Assembly (NCBI GenBank): GCA_045597505.1
Contig: JAZLKE010000030.1
Span: 2,042 to 66,041 of the forward strand
Direction of reading: 5' to 3'
Length of the DNA stretch: 64,000 nucleotides
Source: Clostridia bacterium
GTDB lineage: Bacteria > Bacillota > Clostridia > Christensenellales > UBA1242
The notes under the pieces are model-generated. The model had not been told where the DNA came from, made no database searches, and saw only the letters and a list, made by a program, of their open reading frames with translations. A program made the position numbers and the translations under genes. Positions 60,249 to 64,000 of the stretch are shown here, one piece after another (within the stretch, counting starts at the first letter, position 1; each line of letters starts with the position of its first letter).

Positions 60249-62327
60249 ATGAAACTTGTAATTATTGAGGGTATCGGTAAGAAAGATACAATTAAAAAAT
60301 ACTTAGGTAACGGTTATCAAGTTATGGCAACTGGTGGTCATTTTCGTGATTTGAAAAAACGCGAATTGTCGGTTGATGTTGAACATGGTTATGAACCGCA
60401 GTATGTGATTTCTACCGATAAAAAAGATGTCGTTAAGTCGTTGAAAGAAGCGGCTGCCAAGGCGGAAGCAGTTTTGATTGCAACCGACCCTGACCGTGAA
60501 GGTGAAGCAATTGCTTATCATTTGACCTATATTTTAGGTATTGATCCTGCTAAGGCACAACGTATTGAATTCAATGAAATTACTAAACACGCAATTAACG
60601 AAGCGTTGACCAAACCACGCGCAATTGATATGAACTTGGTTTATGCACAAACCGCACGTCGCGTTTTGGATCGTTTGGTTGGTTATAAATTATCGCCTGT
60701 ATTGTCAAAGAAAATTAAATCGGGTTTGTCCGCTGGTCGTGTGCAAAGTGTTACTTTGAAGTTGGTGGTAGAACGCGAACGTGAAATTCAAAATTTCAAA
60801 CCTGAAGAGTATTGGGATTTTTGGGCACATTTGGAAAAAGACAAATTGAAATTCCGTGCGGCATTGTATTACGGACCAGACGGAAAACGCTTAAAGCCCG
60901 CTAACGAAGCTCAGGTACAACAAATTGTCAAAGATTTGGAAAAAGCTCAATATGTTGCCAAAGATGTTAAAAAATCGGTTACAAAACGTCATGCGCCAGC
61001 TCCGTTTACCACCAGTTCAATGCAACAAGATGCAGGTGCTAAGTTAGGTATGAGTTTGAAACGTACGACCATGGCAGCGCAAACTTTGTACCAAGGTGTT
61101 CATATGGGCGACCGTGGTATGACTGCGTTGGTAACTTATATTCGTACCGATAGTGTGCGTGTTTCTGCCGAGGCGCAAGTAGCTGCCAAAGATTATATTA
61201 CAGAAAGATATGGTGCGAATTTTGTACCCGAAACCCCGAATGTTTATAAAACCAAAAAATCGGCGCAAGACGCCCACGAAGCCATTCGTCCAACGCATTT
61301 GGAAATTACACCAGATGAAGCAGACAAATTCTGTAAACCTGATGAGGCGAAACTTTATCGTTTAATTTATAACCGTTTTATTGCTTCGCAAATGTCTGAG
61401 GCCACTTTTAACAGCGTGCGTGTAGATATTGATGCGAACAAGTATACTTTCCGCGTAACTGGTCGTACGCCATTGTTTGATGGTTGGTTGGCGGTTTATG
61501 GCGGCAGTAACAGTAAATCAAATAAAGAAGAACCCGAAAAGGAAGGCGAAGACGATGCAGGTGAAAGCGCAGCAATTTTGCCAGAAATTAACGTGGGTGA
61601 TAATTTGAATTTCAAAAAACTGGAATATATCCAAAAATTCACGCAACCACCAGCACGTTATACCGAAGCGACCTTGGTTAAAGTCATGGAAGAAAAAGGT
61701 ATTGGTCGTCCCGCAACTTATACGCCGACCGTCGCGACTTTGTTTGCACGTTTGTACATTGAAAAAGAAGGTAAGGCTTTGAAGCCGACCGAACTTGGTT
61801 GTGTTGTCGTTGATTGGTTAATTCAATATTTCCCTGAAATTATGAATACGGGTTTTACCGCAGATATGGAAGATAAACTGGACGATATTGCGTCTGATGG
61901 TATTGATTGGGTTAGTGTGGTGGATAATTTTTATCAACCGTTTATTAAAGTTGTGGACGAAGTGCGTGCGAATGAGGGTGCGGAAAATCGTATTAAACCA
62001 GTCGAAAGTGATGAACATTGTCCAAATTGCGGGCGCGTGATGTTAATTCGTGAAAGCCGTTTTGGTAAATTTTTGGCTTGCAGTGGTTATCCAGAATGTA
62101 AAACTACGAAACCGTTTGATAAGCCAGTTTGTAAGTGTCCAAAATGCGGTAAAGATATTTACAAACGCCGCAGCAAAAAGGGCAAGACTTTTTATGGTTG
62201 TTCGGGTTATCCGAATTGTGACTTCGTGGCTTTTGATGAACCAACGGGTGAATTATGTCCAAAATGTAAAAGTCCTTTGGTAAAAGTTAAAGATGTAGTA
62301 AAATGTAGTAATCGTAACTGTCAATAA
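60249..62327 (+). CDS. topA: DNA topoisomerase I
   Basis: SD GAGGAG before ATG 60249. Toprim MKLVIIEG...ATDPDREGEAIAYH, active-site region YIRTDSVR, and three C-terminal zinc ribbons (CPNCG.., CPKCG.., CPKCK..). Confidence 0.95.
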   Translation: MKLVIIEGIGKKDTIKKYLGNGYQVMATGGHFRDLKKRELSVDVEHGYEPQYVISTDKKDVVKSLKEAAAKAEAVLIATDPDREGEAIAYHLTYILGIDPAKAQRIEFNEITKHAINEALTKPRAIDMNLVYAQTARRVLDRLVGYKLSPVLSKKIKSGLSAGRVQSVTLKLVVEREREIQNFKPEEYWDFWAHLEKDKLKFRAALYYGPDGKRLKPANEAQVQQIVKDLEKAQYVAKDVKKSVTKRHAPAPFTTSSMQQDAGAKLGMSLKRTTMAAQTLYQGVHMGDRGMTALVTYIRTDSVRVSAEAQVAAKDYITERYGANFVPETPNVYKTKKSAQDAHEAIRPTHLEITPDEADKFCKPDEAKLYRLIYNRFIASQMSEATFNSVRVDIDANKYTFRVTGRTPLFDGWLAVYGGSNSKSNKEEPEKEGEDDAGESAAILPEINVGDNLNFKKLEYIQKFTQPPARYTEATLVKVMEEKGIGRPATYTPTVATLFARLYIEKEGKALKPTELGCVVVDWLIQYFPEIMNTGFTADMEDKLDDIASDGIDWVSVVDNFYQPFIKVVDEVRANEGAENRIKPVESDEHCPNCGRVMLIRESRFGKFLACSGYPECKTTKPFDKPVCKCPKCGKDIYKRRSKKGKTFYGCSGYPNCDFVAFDEPTGELCPKCKSPLVKVKDVVKCSNRNCQ

Positions 62328-62339
62328 TAGGAGGTTGAA

Positions 62340-62873
62340 ATGCAATTACATGGAACAACAATTATCGCTGTAAAGCGTGATAACAAAACGGTCGTCGCTG
62401 GCGATGGACAAGTCACAGCGGGTGAATCTGTGATTCTGAAAGGAAACGCAGTTAAAGTTCGTCGTTTGTACGATGACAAAGTTGTGGCGGGTTTCGCGGG
62501 TTCGGTCGCGGACGCGTTTACTTTGTGTAACAAATTTGAAGAAATGTTGCAAAAACATTCGGGTAACTTATTGCGTTCGGCGGTAGAATTAGCGCAAACT
62601 TGGCGTACGGACAGGGCGCTGGGTAAATTGGAAGCGATGATGATTGTCGCGGACAAAGAACGTGTTTTGCTGTTAAGTGGTGATGGCAACGTAATTGAAC
62701 CTGACGGTGGTTGTGTCGCAGTTGGTAGCGGTGGTAATTATGCGTTGGCGGCTGCTAAAGCGTTAATGAAAAATACCGACATGTCGGCGCGTGATATTGC
62801 CAAAGAAGCCATGAATGTGGCTAGTGACATCTGTATTTTCACGAACAAAAACTTAACCATTGAAGAGTTGTAA
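62340..62873 (+). CDS. hslV: ATP-dependent protease subunit HslV (ClpQ)
   Basis: [24 protein letters not shown]-terminus (Thr nucleophile) and [14 protein letters not shown]. Confidence 0.9.
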   Translation: MQLHGTTIIAVKRDNKTVVAGDGQVTAGESVILKGNAVKVRRLYDDKVVAGFAGSVADAFTLCNKFEEMLQKHSGNLLRSAVELAQTWRTDRALGKLEAMMIVADKERVLLLSGDGNVIEPDGGCVAVGSGGNYALAAAKALMKNTDMSARDIAKEAMNVASDICIFTNKNLTIEEL

Positions 62874-62903
62874 TTGCTTTATTAAACTAACTATGGAGAA
62901 ATT

Positions 62904-63716
62904 ATGTTGAACAATAAAGTTTTTGGTAAAAGTATAGAGTTATTTTTTGTTAATGGAACTTCGGATGGTGTTATTACGGCTGAATTAAGAAATTGGAGTG
63001 GAAAAGCAATTAAAATTCCAAGAACTGAAGTTGGAAAGTATGTTAATAGCGAATTATCTGGGGTAGGTGTATACCTGCTTTATTGCATTGATGATGATGG
63101 TAATGAAAAGATTTATGTTGGCGAATCGGAAGATGTTGAGAAAAGATTAAAACAACATATTTCCGATTATGATAAAGAAAAAGAAAGTTTTTATTGGTCA
63201 TCGGCAATTGCTTTTGTTGATAATCGCTTGGATAAAGCTGAAATTCGCTATATTGAAAATAGTTTAGCTAATGAAATATATGATAATAATCCGACGAGGT
63301 TGTTAACTAAAAGTACTTATAATAATACCAACTTAAAAGATTCTCAAATCGCGGTTGCAGAAGAATTTACAGAACATGCTAAAACATTACTTGATGCCTT
63401 GGGCATGAAACTTGTGGATGTTGCGCCCAAAATTGAACGAAAAGAACAAATTTTACACTGTAAGGGTAAAGACGCGAACGCAAATGGTTTTTATTCTAAC
63501 AACGGATTTACTGTATTAAAAAATTCTGTAATAACAAAAGAAACTGTGCCTTCGTTTGGTGCTAATTATTGTAGAATAAGAAATGAATTGATAGAAAATA
63601 AAACAATTGTTGAGTGTAAATTTGTTAAAGATTTTGAATTTAAATCTCCATCAGCGGCAGCGGCAGTTGTACTTGGAAGAGAAGCAAATGGTAAGTTAGA
63701 ATGGAAAAATAAATAA
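62904..63716 (+). CDS. GIY-YIG nuclease domain protein with C-terminal DUF4357-like domain
   Basis: GVGVYLLYCID...KIYVGESEDVEKRLKQH is a GIY-YIG core. The C-terminal FEFKSPSAAAAVVLGREANGKLEWKN matches the DUF4357 pattern. Visibly more A+T-rich than hslV by eye; not computed. Confidence 0.7.
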   Translation: MLNNKVFGKSIELFFVNGTSDGVITAELRNWSGKAIKIPRTEVGKYVNSELSGVGVYLLYCIDDDGNEKIYVGESEDVEKRLKQHISDYDKEKESFYWSSAIAFVDNRLDKAEIRYIENSLANEIYDNNPTRLLTKSTYNNTNLKDSQIAVAEEFTEHAKTLLDALGMKLVDVAPKIERKEQILHCKGKDANANGFYSNNGFTVLKNSVITKETVPSFGANYCRIRNELIENKTIVECKFVKDFEFKSPSAAAAVVLGREANGKLEWKNK

Positions 63717-63741
63717 GCGTGCCATTGGCACGCTTTTTTTT
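63716..63741. terminator. Bidirectional rho-independent terminator
   Basis: Stem AGCGTGCC / GGCACGCT with loop ATT, followed by T8. Lies between convergent genes. Confidence 0.8.
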
Positions 63742-64000
63742 ATGACGCTTTGCGGAGTTGACGGCGGCGGGTGGTGTCGGCGCGTTTCAGGGCGCGGGCA
63801 ATCTTTTTGTATTCGCGCAAGACCGCGTTTTCCAGTTGTGTGTTGCTCAACTTTTGTTTGATTGAGTTGATAAAGCAAATGTAGTAGGCTTCCCAGAATG
63901 TCGGTACGCCCATTTCTTCAATGGCAGAATATTTTTCGCTAAAGCGTTCTTGCAAATCCGCATCTTTTAAGTAGTCAATGATGTTTTCTTCGTTATAGGC
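63740..64000 (-). CDS. 3' end of an unidentified gene (continues beyond the window)
   Basis: The frame is open to the window edge: ...AYNEENIIDYLKDADLQERFSEKYSAIEEMGVPTFWEAYYICFINSIKQKLS...RRRQLRKAS. The TTG at 63955 in the ORF track is probably internal. No family recognised. Confidence 0.35.
   Translation of the reverse strand, partial: AYNEENIIDYLKDADLQERFSEKYSAIEEMGVPTFWEAYYICFINSIKQKLSNTQLENAVLREYKKIARALKRADTTRRRQLRKAS

Noticed and set aside
1-64000. CRISPR arrays, IS elements, integrases, prophage, rRNA, alternative genetic code
   Set aside because: No regularly spaced direct repeats of ~25-40 bp were seen, and there are no transposase- or integrase-like ORFs. All conserved genes read through cleanly with the standard bacterial code and normal stops, so recoding is not suspected anywhere except at the copZ/copA junction.

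Overview
Gene-dense chromosomal window from a Bacillota (Firmicutes)-type genome; the gene order is Clostridia/Bacilli-like, and the exact taxon cannot be determined from the sequence alone. I count about 62 protein genes and one tRNA-Glu(CUC). There is no rRNA, CRISPR array, transposase, integrase or prophage signature. Most of the content is housekeeping and falls into trimmed versions of several classical Firmicute synteny blocks. These are: priA/def/fmt/rlmN/rpe-like/rpmB/asp23/DAK2; a rearranged dcw cell-wall cluster (murE-mraY-murD, inverted murA, ftsQ-like, ftsA-like; ddl and murG sit 35 kb away); rrf2-nifS-nifU; infA-rpmJ-rpsM-rpsK-rpsD-rpoA-rplQ; ruvX-fdx-DUF1292-ppa; rpsB-tsf-frr-cdsA-rseP; and comM-dprA-topA-hslV. 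Accessory or unusual content is as follows. (1) A copZ-like HMA ORF and a P1B copper ATPase ORF are separated only by a -1 frame change inside an A9 run that forms a correctly phased A_AAA_AAA slippery heptamer. (2) A 1456-aa membrane-anchored, Glu/Lys/Gln-rich coiled-coil protein contains three diverged ~95-115 aa repeats. (3) A 1215-aa surface protein carries GLUG-type and Listeria-Bacteroides (Flg_new)-type repeats. (4) A tandem-OB SSB-like protein without an acidic tail lies divergent from comM-dprA-topA, across a 202-bp spacer holding ~20-21 bp phased TCGAAA repeats. (5) A small phosphodiesterase/phospholipase-like islet interrupts priA-def. (6) A GIY-YIG/DUF4357 gene sits where hslU is expected. 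The genome-style signal I trust most is that at least ten canonical -35/-10 promoters end 5-10 nt before an ATG with no Shine-Dalgarno, which predicts leaderless mRNAs; two pairs of these promoters physically share hexamers on opposite strands. Half of the convergent gene pairs overlap at their 3' ends without terminators. I did not find a clear multi-gene novel defence or mobile system in this window. All calls rest on reading the sequence and on remembered family motifs; no searches were run.
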